Positions 43,381 to 57,759 are shown, counted from the stretch's first letter. The stretch is 64,000 nt of DNA from Octopus vulgaris (GCA_951406725.2 OX597826.1:3162001-3226000); one strand, 5' to 3'. Notes: a model not told the origin generated them from the letters alone. Numbers and translations: made by a program.

Positions 43381-43838
43381 GCTTCTTCTTCTTCTTCTTC
43401 TTCTTCTTCTTCTTCTTCTTCTTCTTCTTCTACTTCTTCCTCTTCTTCTTCTGCTTCCCCTTCCTCCTCCTCCTCCTCATCATCATCATCATCATCCCCT
43501 TCCTCCTCCTCCACCCTCTTCTACTTCTTCTTCTTCTTCTGCTTCTTCTTCTTTTTCTTCTTCTTCTTCTTCTTCTGCTTCTACTTCTTCCTCTTCTTCT
43601 TCTTCTTCTCCTCCTCCTCTCATCATCATCATCATCATCCCTTCCTCCTCCTCCACCTCTTCTCTTCTTCTTCTTCTTCTTCTTCTTCCTTCTTCCTCTT
43701 CTTCTTCTTCTTCTTTCTTCCTCTTCGTCTCCTCCTCCTTCTCCTCCTCCTCCTCCTATCCTCATAATCATCATCATCATCATCATCCCCTTCCTCCTCA
43801 TCCTCCTCCCTCTTCTTCTGCTTCCTCTTCTTCTTCTT
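43381..43838. repeat. Compound TTC/TCC/TCA microsatellite with ~140-150-bp higher-order periodicity
   Basis: The motif (tca)n-tccc(c)ttcc(tcc)n...ctcttct recurs at ~43492, ~43634 and ~43783. Confidence 0.85.
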
Positions 43839-44871
43839 GAACAGATGGAATTAAATAGGAACAAATAATAACCTTAAACGACAGCAACTAACTGTATTCT
43901 ATTTATTTCCCCCAATATTCGTCCAAAGGATATCAGTGGAGACATATTTCGATACCATTTCTTCTTAGATACAAGCACCGGTATTGGAGGGATTTTTTTT
44001 TTAATTGTAAAGACAATGTTACATAATTCAGGTTGATAAAGATACGATACACATAAATGAGGCTCTTTGTCCCGTAACCTCTAAATCCATACACTTCCAC
44101 AGAAGCACACTCACACATATATACATGGATACGTACAAATGTACAAACATATCTACATATGTACATAAACTCACACAAACAGACACGCATACATAGAAGC
44201 TAACACAAACACGTCTGTATACATATGTGTGTGTGTGTATGTGATTGCGTGTGTGTGTGTGTGTTATGCTTGCAATATTAATGAATAATTAATAAGCTGG
44301 CTCAATAATTGTTTTCCTAATTAAATGGAAATATTTATTTCTTCTTCCTTCACAAATTTGATGATTTACTAGGCGTAATTATAAAGCAATCATATAATGA
44401 GTATTTGTCAACTTATCGAATAATAAGAGGTTTTCAATGTTGTATTTCACTTCTCATATGACAGACAAAAATAAGAACTAGTGACTGGAGGTCGTAAGTA
44501 ACTACTACATAATATATTAGTATAGTGTGAAATGGTGATCACTAAAGGAATTGGTCAACATTATATGAATTAAGGTGTTTTTTAGGTCATCATTGATTGT
44601 GAACTAGAAATGTTGTTCATTTCGTTATTTCTGTTTCAGTTGATTGGTGTATTTACAATATACGTTGTAATGCATTTAAAATATGTCTGATGCCGACTGT
44701 ACTTTTACAGGACAAAGAAGAAACAAACAGACCAAAGAAACATTCATTTAGGGTCTATGAGTGCTGCACGGTTATGAGCATATATCACCGTGATCACCCT
44801 GACCGACCAGGCTATCAGATGTTGCTACACATCACTGGTCACAATGCGCTTCGCATTGTTTTAGCCTTCAA

Positions 44872-45060
44872 ATGACGCCACCCCGCTGCCTAACAATGAG
44901 AGAAATTTGTAGCGAAAGAGCACACCAGGGATCAACACCACCCCCTGCTGGAGCCTCATGTTTTCGCTCAATGAACACTCACAACGCGCGGTCTGGGAAT
45001 CGAAACCGCGATCCCACAACCGCGAGTCCGTAGCCCTAACCGCAGGGCCATTGTGCCTCC
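44872..45060 (-). mobile_element. tRNA-derived SINE family C
   Basis: The minus strand has A-box TGGCCCTGCGG and B-box GGTTTCGATTCC. Confidence 0.9.
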
Positions 45061-45068
45061 ACATAAGC

Positions 45069-45159
<91 letters not shown>

Positions 45160-45495
45160 CAACAGAATACCAAAACTCTCACTTGAAGCATAACAAAAAT
45201 GTCCAACAATATCTGGCTCTCAACTGATAACGTACAAACATACTTCTTTTCCTATCTCATTGTATCCGCCTTCTTAAACATCTACTCTCAGGCGTTCATA
45301 CACCAAGGTTAATTATGCTATCACGCGGGAAATGAGTATATGAAACCAAACGAGGATGTAATGAAGTTGATGCGAATGCCCTGCTGTATTAATTCCGATA
45401 TTAGCGTTCTAATTACCTTTATACATACAAACATACATACAAGCATACATATATATATATATGTGCGTGTGTATAATACACACACTGAAACGCTC

Positions 45496-45539
<44 letters not shown>

Positions 45540-47547
45540 AAAGTAAGCGACAAGGATATCCAAGATAGTGTAGTACAATTGTTTGATGCTACTTCAATTT
45601 ATTAAACACTAAGTATTACATCAGTTTTAAACTGTCGAGCAATCTTCACCCACATATAGAATTTTTTAATTAAACGGACAATGCACATTCTTATGCTTAT
45701 TTCATTTGCCAACATTACAAATAGGGTGGATATATATACAGAGAGGTTAATTTCATCATTAAGAACATGGTGGTAGTATGTTCTTCTCCGTCTGTAGATT
45801 TTATATCATACAAAATTCTGGTGCCTTTAACTTAATAACCATATTCATCTGAATCTAAATTTTTCTGAACTTATATATATATATATATATTTGCATCTCT
45901 ATTCTTATACAAAACAGACCCCGCTGCTAACTGTAAGATATAAAACAATTTTTTCACCTTATCGAACTTCGATACGGAAAAATGTACGACCTTCCACTTC
46001 AACAATCCACTATTCTTCTCGAAAGTTGCTTTGTATACCTTCTACAAATTGCACGAAGTTTACTAACGTCCTTCATCTTGATCCTTGAATCTTGCTTTCA
46101 CATATTATACATAAATACATACATATGTACTAGCGTAAATGTTTTTTCATACCTCTTCGGCTTTATACAGGCTCTCAAAAAGAAATATCAAAAACCACTA
46201 GGGATTAGGTTTACAAACGACAAGGTGATATTCGATTGAGAGTCCCAGTTAAACGTCAACTAAAATGAATTGCTACTTAACAAGTATTTACTTGCATGCA
46301 AAATATCATTAGTTTCTTATATTTGCGCAAAATATAGAAAGAATCCATATGCTTATGTATACGTAATAAATGTTTACATAACTCAATCACGCTACCAAAA
46401 ACGTTCACATGCATCAAAGCAGCGTTTGGCAAATAACAGTGTTTGTAATATTTATGGTGAGTGAAGATTGATCTCTTTGATATAATGACGAGGAAATTAA
46501 AGATTTAATTAAATCATAATTTATATCATTAAACTTTCTTAAAGCTAAAAAATTCATTAACCATAAGGTTATCTGAATTTAGTTTTACCGATCCATTTCC
46601 TGTGTCAGAACTGGTTGCTACAACTGTTGTTGATATTGTTGCTGAGCGTGTTAAAGGTAGTCTTGAAGATGGTGGTTGGCGGTGAGATGTTTGTCGTTAT
46701 GGTGTTTGTACTAATGTACTTGTTGTTACTGATAGTGAGTTATTATTTTTCATTACATGGAGTGCAGAACCTAAAATTAAATTCGTTTAAATCGCAAATT
46801 ATCTGATCCGTCCGTCTGACTGGCTGGTCGTCTCTCTTTCTCTCTATCTATCTCTCTCTCTCTCTCCATCTATCTATCTCTCTCTCCTTTGCTGTTTCCT
46901 TCTCTCGGTGTAATTGCTTCTACAATGGTCACAATTCCAGAGATTCTGAAGAGATGATTTTGCTTGAATAAATTTCCCTAGTACTATATGTGAACTTTAT
47001 TCTGTCGACCACGTGAGTTCATCATTTTCATCTCATCTATTAGGAGAGATCCAAATGATGAGCTCAGCTGGTATTAAACACGTTATATAACGAACTGGTG
47101 CAAAGTCGGCAAAAACATCATTTTCTGGTGTTCTAACAAAGCTGCCTGTACATATTCAAATATACTCTGCTACTTCGTTTCAAATTATAAAGCGTTCTTA
47201 GAGATTTGGCTGTAATATCTTGCAATCAGAATAACTGCAGAAACGACTGCAACAATGATCGTAACAAACGTCATCCTTAAATGCTCAAATCGAGATATAT
47301 GAACAAAACTACACGTATATATATGAACATATATACATAGGTGCATGAGTGGATGTGTGGTAAGTAGCTTGCTTACCAACCACATGGTTCCAAGTTCAGT
47401 CCCATTGTGTGGTACCTTGGGCAAATTTCTACTATATCCTCGGGCCGACCAAAGTCTTGTGGGTAGATCTGGTAGATTAAAAACTGAGAAAAACGGTCGT
47501 ATCCATCCATCCATACATACATACACACGCACACACACAGACACACA

Positions 47548-47601
<54 letters not shown>

Positions 47602-47785
47602 ATAAATATTAGGGAATAAATCCAAATTTACAGGGAAAAATCAGATTTAGGATTGAATCCAATTTTATAGTAAAATATAATATAATATTAATTAGAGACA
47701 AAACCACTATTATGCAAATCAAACAAAGAAAGACTTAATCCAATACATAAAAAATTTTTATATAAATTAAATATAATTAAGATAT

Positions 47786-47831
47786 CCACTACGATCGTTT
47801 CTTGTCACTTCAATGGACATTCATCAGGTGG
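47786..47831 (-). ncRNA. Minimal type I hammerhead ribozyme motif (left arm)
   Basis: Exact reverse complement of 48069-48114. Confidence 0.82.
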
Positions 47832-48068
47832 TTTCAAGACCTAAAATATAATCAATATTTTTAAGATATAAATTTGAAATGACTAATATAAAATATAAAA
47901 TTATCAATGAAAATATATATAATCAAGAACTAACATAACCTCTATAAACGATTGTATATAATGAAACCTTGTATTTAAATTCTCATATTTAAAGATGAAA
48001 TAGCTAATTTCAAAAAACAAAAAACAAAAAATATCTTTAAAATAGTGATTATATTTTAGGTCTTGAAA

Positions 48069-48114
48069 CCACCTGATGAATGTCCATTGAAGTGACAAGA
48101 AACGATCGTAGTGG
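48069..48114 (+). ncRNA. Minimal type I hammerhead ribozyme motif (right arm)
   Basis: CCAC-CTGATGA-A-TGTC-cattgaagt-GACA-A-GAAA-C-gatc-GTA-GTGG has a palindromic stem III loop; cut predicted after 48110. Confidence 0.85.
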
Positions 48115-48205
48115 ATATCTTAATTATATTTAATTTATATAAAAAAATGTTATGTATTGGATTAAGTCTTTCTTTGTTTGATTTGCATAATAGTGGTTTT
48201 GTGTC

Positions 48206-48272
<67 letters not shown>

Positions 48273-48496
48273 ATGTTTATCTGTGTGTGTTTGTCCCACA
48301 ATGTTGGTGTATTTACGACCCTGTAAATTAGCGGTTAGGCGAAAGAGTCCGATGAAAGAAGTGTAAAGCTTATAAAGAATACTTTCTGGGGTCTGTTTGT
48401 TCGACTAAATGGGTGCTCTAGCATGGCGGCAGTCAAATAACTGAGACAAATGAAAGGATAAAAGAAATATATATATAATTATATATATATATATAT

Positions 48497-48637
48497 TGTT
48501 ATATTTCGGAATGGTCATTTTGCCAGTTTAGCCAATAAAAACACACGCACTATATATTTGGTGTTATTTTGCAAAATGGTCATTCCGAAATATAACAATA
48601 TCTGTTTCAACACAGGACTTCACATAAAAAATCTTGC

Positions 48638-48645
<8 letters not shown>
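48497..48645. mobile_element. Short fold-back copy of the 15.1 kb repeat family
   Basis: tattgttatatttcggaatggtcattttg...caaaatggtcattccgaaatataacaata forms ~30-bp inverted arms. It lies between (TA)n tracts. Confidence 0.75.
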
Positions 48646-48698
<53 letters not shown>

Positions 48699-49631
48699 GT
48701 ATAAATAAAAAATAATTTATATATACATATATATGTATGTGTGTATGTATGTACTAGTTTGTTCGCTCCTTCTACGTTATATGTACAAAAGATGAAGAAC
48801 ATTTCTTCATATATCCGAATACAGTAAATTTAATATGCGTTGTACCTGGTGCAATGTGCATCGATATTATTCTTTTTGATATTTATTCGTTTGCAACAAT
48901 GTAATAAATTATTGTATGCTTTCAATCCAAATTATCTACGTCACTAAATATCGGGGAACATTAGGATGACTCCCAATGAATAGAAACTTCAAACCGGTTT
49001 CGATTCAGACGTGTCTTTAGTGATGTTTGAAAAATGCACGAACGTCATGCAATCCTATTCATGTCCACTCATAAATGTACGTGCCTTTCTGACCCTATCT
49101 AATCGCATCATGGCGTTGATTTCATACTAGCATCAACCATTTCAATATAAACACAGAGTTATCGATCATTAGAAGGCGCGATAACGTCTTAATGCGTTTC
49201 ATAAAAACATTACTACTTTCATTTCTATTTAAGAAGCAATTAATCTATATAGTATTATAATCATTATGATTTAGAATTCTATGAGAATAAGAATCTACGC
49301 AATAGTCTGTGAAGTAAGATCATTTCTTCAATGACAAAAGTTCAATTCTACGTTGAATTTCTGACAATGTTGACCTGAAAATAAAATAAATATTCAATTA
49401 TCGACATACTTTCTTTCTTATTACCAAGATTTTGTGACTCAGAAACGTATCATTTTCAGTAGCATTTTATTTTAATATTTTGTTGTTAGAAATTAATATT
49501 ATTCTACATTATCAATTACTGGCATTCAGTATAATACATCGATATTCTTACAGTAAGAAATTAGAAGTTACATCTCTCTCACTTTCTCTCTCTCTCTCAC
49601 TCTCTTTCTTGCTTTCTCCCTGTCTGTCTGC

Positions 49632-49688
<57 letters not shown>

Positions 49689-49733
49689 CATATCACTATC
49701 TGTCTGAGCATGTATATGCACATATATATGAAT

Positions 49734-49803
<70 letters not shown>

Positions 49804-49804
49804 G

Positions 49805-49995
49805 GAAAGTTTCCGAAAATAAACAAAAGACGAAGGCAGGTGGTGTAAAAGCAAACAGATGTATTAGTATAGCGCTCAGGAATAGAAAAAATATTTTACG
49901 TTTCGAGCCTACGCTCTTCTACAGAAAGGTACACAGAAAAAACAAGGAGAGAAACAAGGAGAGAAAAAAATGTGTATAGTAGCTAACGATCTATC
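49805..49995 (-). mobile_element. PLE-type terminus, GAGC-GTAG-GCTC family, with variant hammerhead at 49893-49928
   Basis: The minus strand reads CTTT-CTGTAGA-A-GAGC-gtag-GCTC-GAAA-C-GTA-AAAT; flanked by (TA)n. Confidence 0.75.
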
Positions 49996-50022
49996 ATGGC
50001 GTCTGACTCGGACAGAATGGTC

Positions 50023-50072
<50 letters not shown>

Positions 50073-50185
50073 ATATATATGCATATGTATATCTATCTAT
50101 CTCTCAATCTATTTATCTATCAATCTATCTATCTATCTATCAATCTATCTATCTATCTATCAATCTATCTATCTATCTATCTATC

Positions 50186-50220
<35 letters not shown>

Positions 50221-52426
50221 AGACATATATAAATCGTATGGTCTATGCTCGGTAGCTTACTGGTAAAGCACATTCACTTTCACAGTCTATTTGGGTAATT
50301 TGAGTGAGGGAATATGAAATATACAAGAAATTTCATTAAACACGAGAATTTCTTCGACCCATATAGCATCGATCCCTCAAAGGTGGGATACTTAACAACA
50401 GGTTCAGGAACACCCGTCGGTGTAAATGTGTCTCTTCGGTGATAAGGATATAACTCGTTAAAATGAGAGTTCCACAATGTCCGTGTAAAGAATAGCAGAA
50501 AATTAAAGGATATAGCTTCATTTATATAGATGATCAATAAGAAAAATAACATGTAAAAAAAAAAACAATAACAAAAATGAACATACCATACAGTGAAAAA
50601 CGTATTAAATATAAGTGTTAACGGATATGGAGGCATAACCGCACACGCGGTGTTTGTATGGCGCATGTACACTCGTTCGTATGAGCATCCACGAAATCGT
50701 AAACATACACAACCGTGTGATTTGGTTCATACATGTTTACACAACGAGTTAAATAGCCACTTGTTGTTTTTAAGAATGGATACGTTAGAGCTAAATTTTA
50801 TTCGATCATACCTTAAGATGAATTATGATTATTAATTAGGTTAAAGGTTACTCAAAATGAATCCCACTGCATTGTGCAAAAGTGCATTTATATGCAAGTA
50901 AGAGTCTTGGGGGGTCTTTCAGAAATTCTTTGAATGAACTTTGGTCGACAGAATAGACAGGGATTCCTCGCAGCAGAGGAGGCATCCCCTGAAAATGATA
51001 TTATATGAATGAACCGTTGCCCCAATATAAATATACGCTCCTTCCTTTGTGGGTACAATACATTTAAATACAAAATTTGTAATGATACAAAGGTTCATTA
51101 ATGGGCATTTTGATTTTTCTCTGCATGTGCATGTATTATATTTAGTTTTATATATGGCAGTTTTGATTTCATTTTCCGCCGTTGTTAACTTGTTGGATAT
51201 GTCACTATTATTGCTACTATCACGATGTGGCTGGTTACTTCATTGCGGTTTACATCTTCCTTGGTATTTTGTTGTATATGTTTGCTAGTTCCACTAGTTG
51301 GATTTTTGAACTGTTTTTTTTTTAATTCTACTATTATTGATGCAGTGCATATGCTATTCTGAATTAACAGAGTTAGCGAAAGATACCTTCACGGTGTGTC
51401 TTGGATTTCGGAAAGCATTTCTCAAAAGCGGCAAAATATTTCCTAGAGATCTTCTTTGAAACATTTTAACCGAAGAGTGGGTGGTACCAGAGAACATCAC
51501 GGTGCCTATATTTGTTGTTTGTCTTATTTTTTCTGGGTATGTTGTACAGGGTGTCCTATAAGGAGACGGAACATGAAACCTCGTGTATATAGCCATGGCT
51601 GCACTTAATTCATCCAAAAGGCACTGGTTGATCTGTGTCCTTGTGAAGTAGGACTGAACCCGAAACCATAAGGTTGCAAACCGAGTTTCTTAGCCACATA
51701 ACAAATTTACTGAAAATGCATTGATTGGCACAGTTCTCTTGCACAAATTATTTGCAGTCTCTCGGATTGGGATTGATCCGAAAAGAAAGTGGCTGCAAAG
51801 CGAACATATTAGATATACAGTGAATATAACTTATATGTTTAATGCTGTTGAGAGTGACAACCGTAACGTTTACGAATCTACCAAATATTAGAACGCCTTA
51901 TGATTTCACAAGTATTTTGGATGTCATATTCTTATTAGTAAAATCGCTAAAATTAACATTCGCTTATTGAAATGTATTATACGAACAGTTCTTTTCTTTT
52001 CCATTGCAATGTAAACATAACACTTTAAAATGATCTGTATAACAAACTTAAACATTCAGAAAGATGTTTAGATCATTACTGAAAGAGATTCAATAACGAA
52101 TAGCTATATACATACATATTCATGTATATATGTATGCGTGTGTGTGTGTGCGTGTGGGTACATATGTGCGTGTATGAGTAGAGTAACGGCGTGAGATATG
52201 AGAAGATAATGGAAGTTTATCACAGATTTATGTTGATTGAATATATTTTGAGGAGTGTTTCCTCAACAGAGAATTTCTAGTGTCACCTGTTTCTGACATC
52301 AAATCTAGTACAGCAGGCTATTAGGGATTAAAAATATCCAATGCATTCTGTTCAGAGTATTGAAATGAAATAACACTGGATGCCTACCCAAACGCATAAA
52401 TATATATGTATATATATATATATATG

Positions 52427-52523
<97 letters not shown>

Positions 52524-52760
52524 CAACACGTATACCCACGGCACACACGCGTAAAAATCACACAGAGTCACACAAAACCTCGCACATATATAGATTCATT
52601 CGCATATAGGCGTGTTTATATACATACATATATACATACATGCCTACACGTTCGTACAAACACACACGCACACACACACGCTCATATATATACAAACATG
52701 CATATATATATCTACATACACACACATATATATATACATCTACATACATGCGCATATATT

Positions 52761-52794
<34 letters not shown>

Positions 52795-52899
52795 TATGCA
52801 TATATATATCTACGCACATATACATATATAAACTTAGATAAACTTAGATATGTTTCGACCAAAGATTGGTCCAGGCCATGTCTAACTTAATAGCACCAC

Positions 52900-52949
<50 letters not shown>

Positions 52950-53314
52950 GAATATGCAACCACCCCACATACATACACATGTCCCTATAAGCACTCTCAT
53001 ATACATGTATATGAGTGTAAGTGTGTTCGTGTGTGCGAGTTTTCCTGTTTGTAGTAATAAGAAACATTGAATAACTTACAGGAATTGCATGCAAAATATG
53101 AGCCGAATGTATTGTGGCCCTTTAAACATTTACTATATATATTTCTCGTAGATTTCTTGGGCACACTATAAATTGTGAGGACTGTCTGTCACAGATTCTC
53201 CTATCAAGTCTCGATCGCCAATGGTTTGAACAACTGATGACATGGGTATTTGCTATATAGAAGAATGGATATAAACTCAAGCTAAGCACCAGAGAATTAT
53301 ATATTTCGGGGAAA

Positions 53315-53520
53315 ACGCGACGAGCTGGAAGAAACGTTAACACGCCAGGCGAAATGCTTGTATTTCGTCTGTCTTTACGTTCAAATTCCACCGAGTGAGA
53401 ACTTTGCCTTTCATCCTTTCAGGGTCGATAACTTAAGTATCAGTTGCGTACTGGGGTCGATCTAATCGACCGGCCCCCTCCCCCAAAATTTCGGGCCTTG
53501 TGCCTAGAGTAGAAAAGAAT
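53315..53520 (+). mobile_element. SINE family A
   Basis: cgagctggaagaaacgttaac...gttcaaattcc...ccccaaaatttcgggccttgtgcctagagtagaaaaga. Confidence 0.85.
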
Positions 53521-53679
53521 AAATATAACATTTTTTTTTAAATCGCTAGAATATGGTAGGTGTTCGCTCCCGTGCGTCTAATGTATGAGAAACCCATAAG
53601 TTTAGGTGGCACTATGGGACTATATACGAGAAATTAGCTATCCAAATAGAATATTCCCCTTTTCTGCGAACATACAACG

Positions 53680-53900
53680 ATTTGGGGATATTTCTGTCCA
53701 TGACGACGTATTGTTGAAAACATGGCATGATGTATCCTTCAAGTCAACACCCGAGGACTTCTACTGTCAAAGCATTCGCAAGTTAATAGATTGTTTTCAA
53801 GAAGTCGTGAACTATGAAGGTAAAATATTATTGACCGATTTAAAAAAAAATTGAACATGGATTAAAATGAACGAAAACTTAACGATATTCACACAAACCA
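53680..53900 (+). pseudogene. Mariner transposase C-terminal remnant
   Basis: LKTWHDVSFKSTPEDFYCQSIRKLIDCFQEVVNYEGK matches the mariner C-terminal FF.SKP.DFY..GI.KL..RWQ.V...EG.Y pattern. Confidence 0.8.
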
Positions 53901-53934
53901 AAACACACACACACATTCTTCTATTCTTTTATTC

Positions 53935-54165
53935 TTTTATTTGTTTCAATCACTTGACTCTAGCCATGTTGGTTCACTACCATAAAGGATTTTAGTCGAA
54001 GGAATCGACCCCAGAACTGATTCTATGTAAGCCTAGTATTTATGCTATCCGTCCTTTTTGATGAACCGCTACCTTACGGGGCATAAAATCACCAGCACCA
54101 TTTGCCAAAGGATGGCAAGGTGTTGTCAAGCGATGAAATAGCCCCACGCACATAGACACACACAC

Positions 54166-54212
<47 letters not shown>

Positions 54213-54340
54213 TGTATACGATGGGCTTCTTTCAGTTTCCGTCCAAAAAATCCACACTCACAAGGCTTTGGTCGGCCCGATGCTATAGTAGAAGACATCT
54301 TCCCATGGTGTCACGCAGTGAGATTGTACCCGGAACTATG
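53935..54340 (-). mobile_element. SINE family B (tail, microsatellite, partial head)
   Basis: ttgtttcaatcacttgactctagccatg...(TG)n...atgggcttctttcagtttccgtcc...ggtcggcccga. Confidence 0.8.
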
Positions 54341-54996
54341 TGCCGTGTATATATTTCAATTATATATTTCAGCTTCCTCGTACTCAACCCGGATTCAACT
54401 AATTCAAATATATCAGAATTGGTGAATTGATACGAACTAGGTGAACCTTTTACGACTGGTCTGTGAATAAAAGTTTCGGAAATATTATCTTACTCTACAT
54501 CAGTATAAACTTTCAATCCTAGTTATTAATCTACTGGTTTGTACAGTATTCCGTATGATTCTTTTTTCTTTGTAAATTAGAATATCTAATTAAAGCAAGA
54601 CGAACAACTAAAAGAAAATATCATACAATAATAATAAAAACATATATTTATTTACGAACAGACATTGTTAGTTGTTTTGCCGGATTAATTTCTATATTTA
54701 AAAGCAGCTTCAAGAAGAAAGCGCTCTTATAGAAAACACCGACTCAAACAAACAAACAAACACACGCACGTCTGGAAAAGGAAAACAAAAACAGAGAAAA
54801 TCTACGAAACAATAGTGCAATGACAAAATCAAAGAAGGATTCAGTTTAATACATCTAATGGTGTAGTGTCAATAGTAATTAATCAGTATGGAAGTCAACA
54901 CATTTTACTGTATCTTTCTTCGATAGCTTATAGAGATTGTGTTAAACAATACTTTACAGAACTCTTTCAAGCAAAATGACACACATAAGCACACGT

Positions 54997-55028
<32 letters not shown>

Positions 55029-55082
55029 TGTATGTATGTATGTATGTATGTATGTATGTATGTATGTATGTATATATATATA

Positions 55083-55126
<44 letters not shown>

Positions 55127-55505
55127 CATTTATGTATCTATGTGAGTGTGTATGTGTATATGTGTGCTTGTGTGTGTAAGAGTGTATGTATGTGTGTGTA
55201 TACTCAAGTAGTTCTCATCTTAGTGAAAGCAAGAATAGCCGTCGATATACCTGAGAATATTATTTGACCCTATATTTTGCACTCAGTACTACACAGTTAT
55301 GCATGAACGCATACGTAGAAACACGTACATGCACGTTCACACTCCAACCAATATACAAGCAGATTCACACGTATGTATATGTAGGTATGCTTGCATGTAT
55401 ATGTATGTAGTTATGTAAGTATACGCATATGAATATATGAGCTTTCGGAGACACATGTATCATAAACACTTGCACACACACATATACACCCGTATACACA
55501 TAATA

Positions 55506-55544
<39 letters not shown>

Positions 55545-55738
55545 TACATATATATGTCCGTTTATGCATATATACATATATATACATACATACATACATA
55601 TATATATATATACGTATTGTAGCATTCAGTCTTTGCATCTTATGTGCATTATCCTAATACATTTTGCGGCCAATTTTCTTCACTGTATATTTTGCTTATA
55701 CCATATTTAATACAACGTTATACATACTTCCCTGCGTG

Positions 55739-55838
<100 letters not shown>

Positions 55839-56536
55839 TGTATGTAATGTTTGCAGTAATCCAATTATTATTTTTTTACCTTGTGGAATGTCCTTTAAGA
55901 TTTTTGTGTCTCTGTTTTGGACATTATTCCTACCTGTAATTTGATTACATTGTTTACAACACCTAATCACTAATCATTTCTATCTTGGTATATCCAATTC
56001 AATCACTGTTTTTCCGTCCTGATATTTTACTTACACAGAGTGCTAGCGCTACGGTTTGCTGATTCGAAAGAGTATTAGAAAAAGAAATCTCAGAGCCGCT
56101 GGTGTGTGTCATGTTTGTACCACAGCGATGCTTATATAACAAGACCAAGTTTCTCAGTCTCACACTAAAAGGTTTCTGTGACTACTTGAACTTCTCCTAC
56201 AGCCATACTACATTAAAGAGCGCTTCTATGCATCCTCCATGAAAATATTTCAGGATAGACTTAAGAAACATTTCGAAGAACAAAAATTTGATATGCACAG
56301 CTCGTCCACTATTAGGCACAGAAAATAAGTTCTGAAGTCGATTCATTCGACTAACAAGGCGTTTCTCCAGCACTGCTGCAATTAGATGACTGAAACAAGT
56401 AATAGATTATATAGCAAAATTAGCGGTTCAGCAAAAAAGAACGATAGAATAAGTACTAGGCTTTCAAAGGCTCGACTGAAGGCGCTGCTTCTAGCATGGC
56501 CACAGTCAAATGACTGAAACAAGAAAAAGAGTAAAA

Positions 56537-56601
<65 letters not shown>

Positions 56602-56602
56602 T

Positions 56603-56779
56603 ATCGCTAGCCACTAAACCTTTTTCTATGTTCTCTACCTGTTTATTTCAGTGTTCCTTTCTGTCGAAGAGCGTAGGCTCGAAATGTAAAAGACTTTCGC
56701 ACTTCCCGAGCGTTAAACTAATACATCTGTTTGTTGTTTACACACCCGTCTTCGTCTTTCGTTTTTTCTTTGTAAATTC

Positions 56780-56783
<4 letters not shown>
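56603..56783 (+). mobile_element. PLE-type terminus, GAGC-GTAG-GCTC family, with variant hammerhead at 56657-56692
   Basis: CTTT-CTGTCGA-A-GAGC-gtag-GCTC-GAAA-T-GTA-AAAG; (TA)n on both sides. Confidence 0.78.
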
Positions 56784-56858
<75 letters not shown>

Positions 56859-56911
56859 ATAGATAGATAGATATAATATAGATATAGATATAAACAGGCA
56901 GGCGGGCAGAC

Positions 56912-56967
<56 letters not shown>

Positions 56968-57042
56968 GGATATAAATGCTCTCAAATATATGTATGCTGT
57001 GTATATATATATATATATATGCGTGCGTGTGTGTGTTTCTGA

Positions 57043-57076
<34 letters not shown>

Positions 57077-57449
57077 GGTAGCGTATGTATCCCAATCGCT
57101 GGCATGACTCTGTTTTTGACAACCACGCTTTGCAAACATGTGATTAGTTTTACTGATGGTATTGAGTTGACTGTCTTTCGATTTTAACGGCTTTTTCATA
57201 TCGGTAGATAAGCCGTTAAATGACTGGACGAATAAGTCGCTAAAAGTGGAATTATTGGGTTAACAGATAAAGTCTTTCTTGTTTTCCCATTTATTTTAAT
57301 CCTTATGCTTAACAACACTTTTAACAAATCACTCAACGATATATTCGCCTTCATCGTTCACGATTTCTTGCCGATGTTACTCTAACGTGTCAATATCCTG
57401 TCGATAGAATTCTGCTTTCTTGACCCGTTCCACCTTTTTCATCTCTGAG

Positions 57450-57759
57450 TCGTTGTTTGTTTGTTCCTTGTCGAGTCATGCATGGCTCATAAGGGCCGGT
57501 TTCCCGCTTTCTTGGCGTATAGGTTCCCCACCTGGACGGGACGCCGGTCCGTCGCAGGTGATTTTCAAGATGCAGGAGGAAAGAGTGAGAGAAAGTTGTG
57601 GCGAAAGAGTCAGCAGAAGTTTCGCCATTACCTTCTGCCGGAGCTGCGTGGAGCTTAGGTATTTTCGCACATAAACACACGCATCGCCCGGTCTGAGATT
57701 CGAACCCGCGATCCCTCGACCGTGAGTTCGCTGCTCTAACCACTAGGCCATGTGCCTCC
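57450..57759 (-). mobile_element. tRNA-derived SINE family C, near full length
   Basis: The minus strand has A-box TGGCCTAGTGG and consensus B-box GGTTCGAATC; the tail ends in (AAAC)n. Confidence 0.93.

Larger units (their letters stand above)
47597..48213. mobile_element. Fold-back element with two hammerheads
   Basis: Arms ~47690-47855 and ~48038-48210 are close reverse complements, with a ~180-bp AT-rich spacer. The left arm carries the extra family terminus, and TA-type microsatellite lies on both sides. Confidence 0.92.
47343..48465 (+). mobile_element. SINE family B (head ~47343-47500, tail ~48280-48465) split by a fold-back insertion
   Basis: The head is gtggtaagtagcttgcttaccaaccacatggttcc... 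and the tail is ttggtgtatttacgaccctgtaa...gcagtcaaataactgagacaa. Confidence 0.75.

Noticed and set aside
48987-49026. CTAAAGA...GAAACCGGTT on the minus strand
   Set aside because: The core G5 is altered and stem II does not form; indistinguishable from chance.
51370-51460. VCLGFRKAF, resembling the LINE RT DF.KAFD motif
   Set aside because: The catalytic Asp residues are missing and the surrounding frame does not continue any RT pattern.
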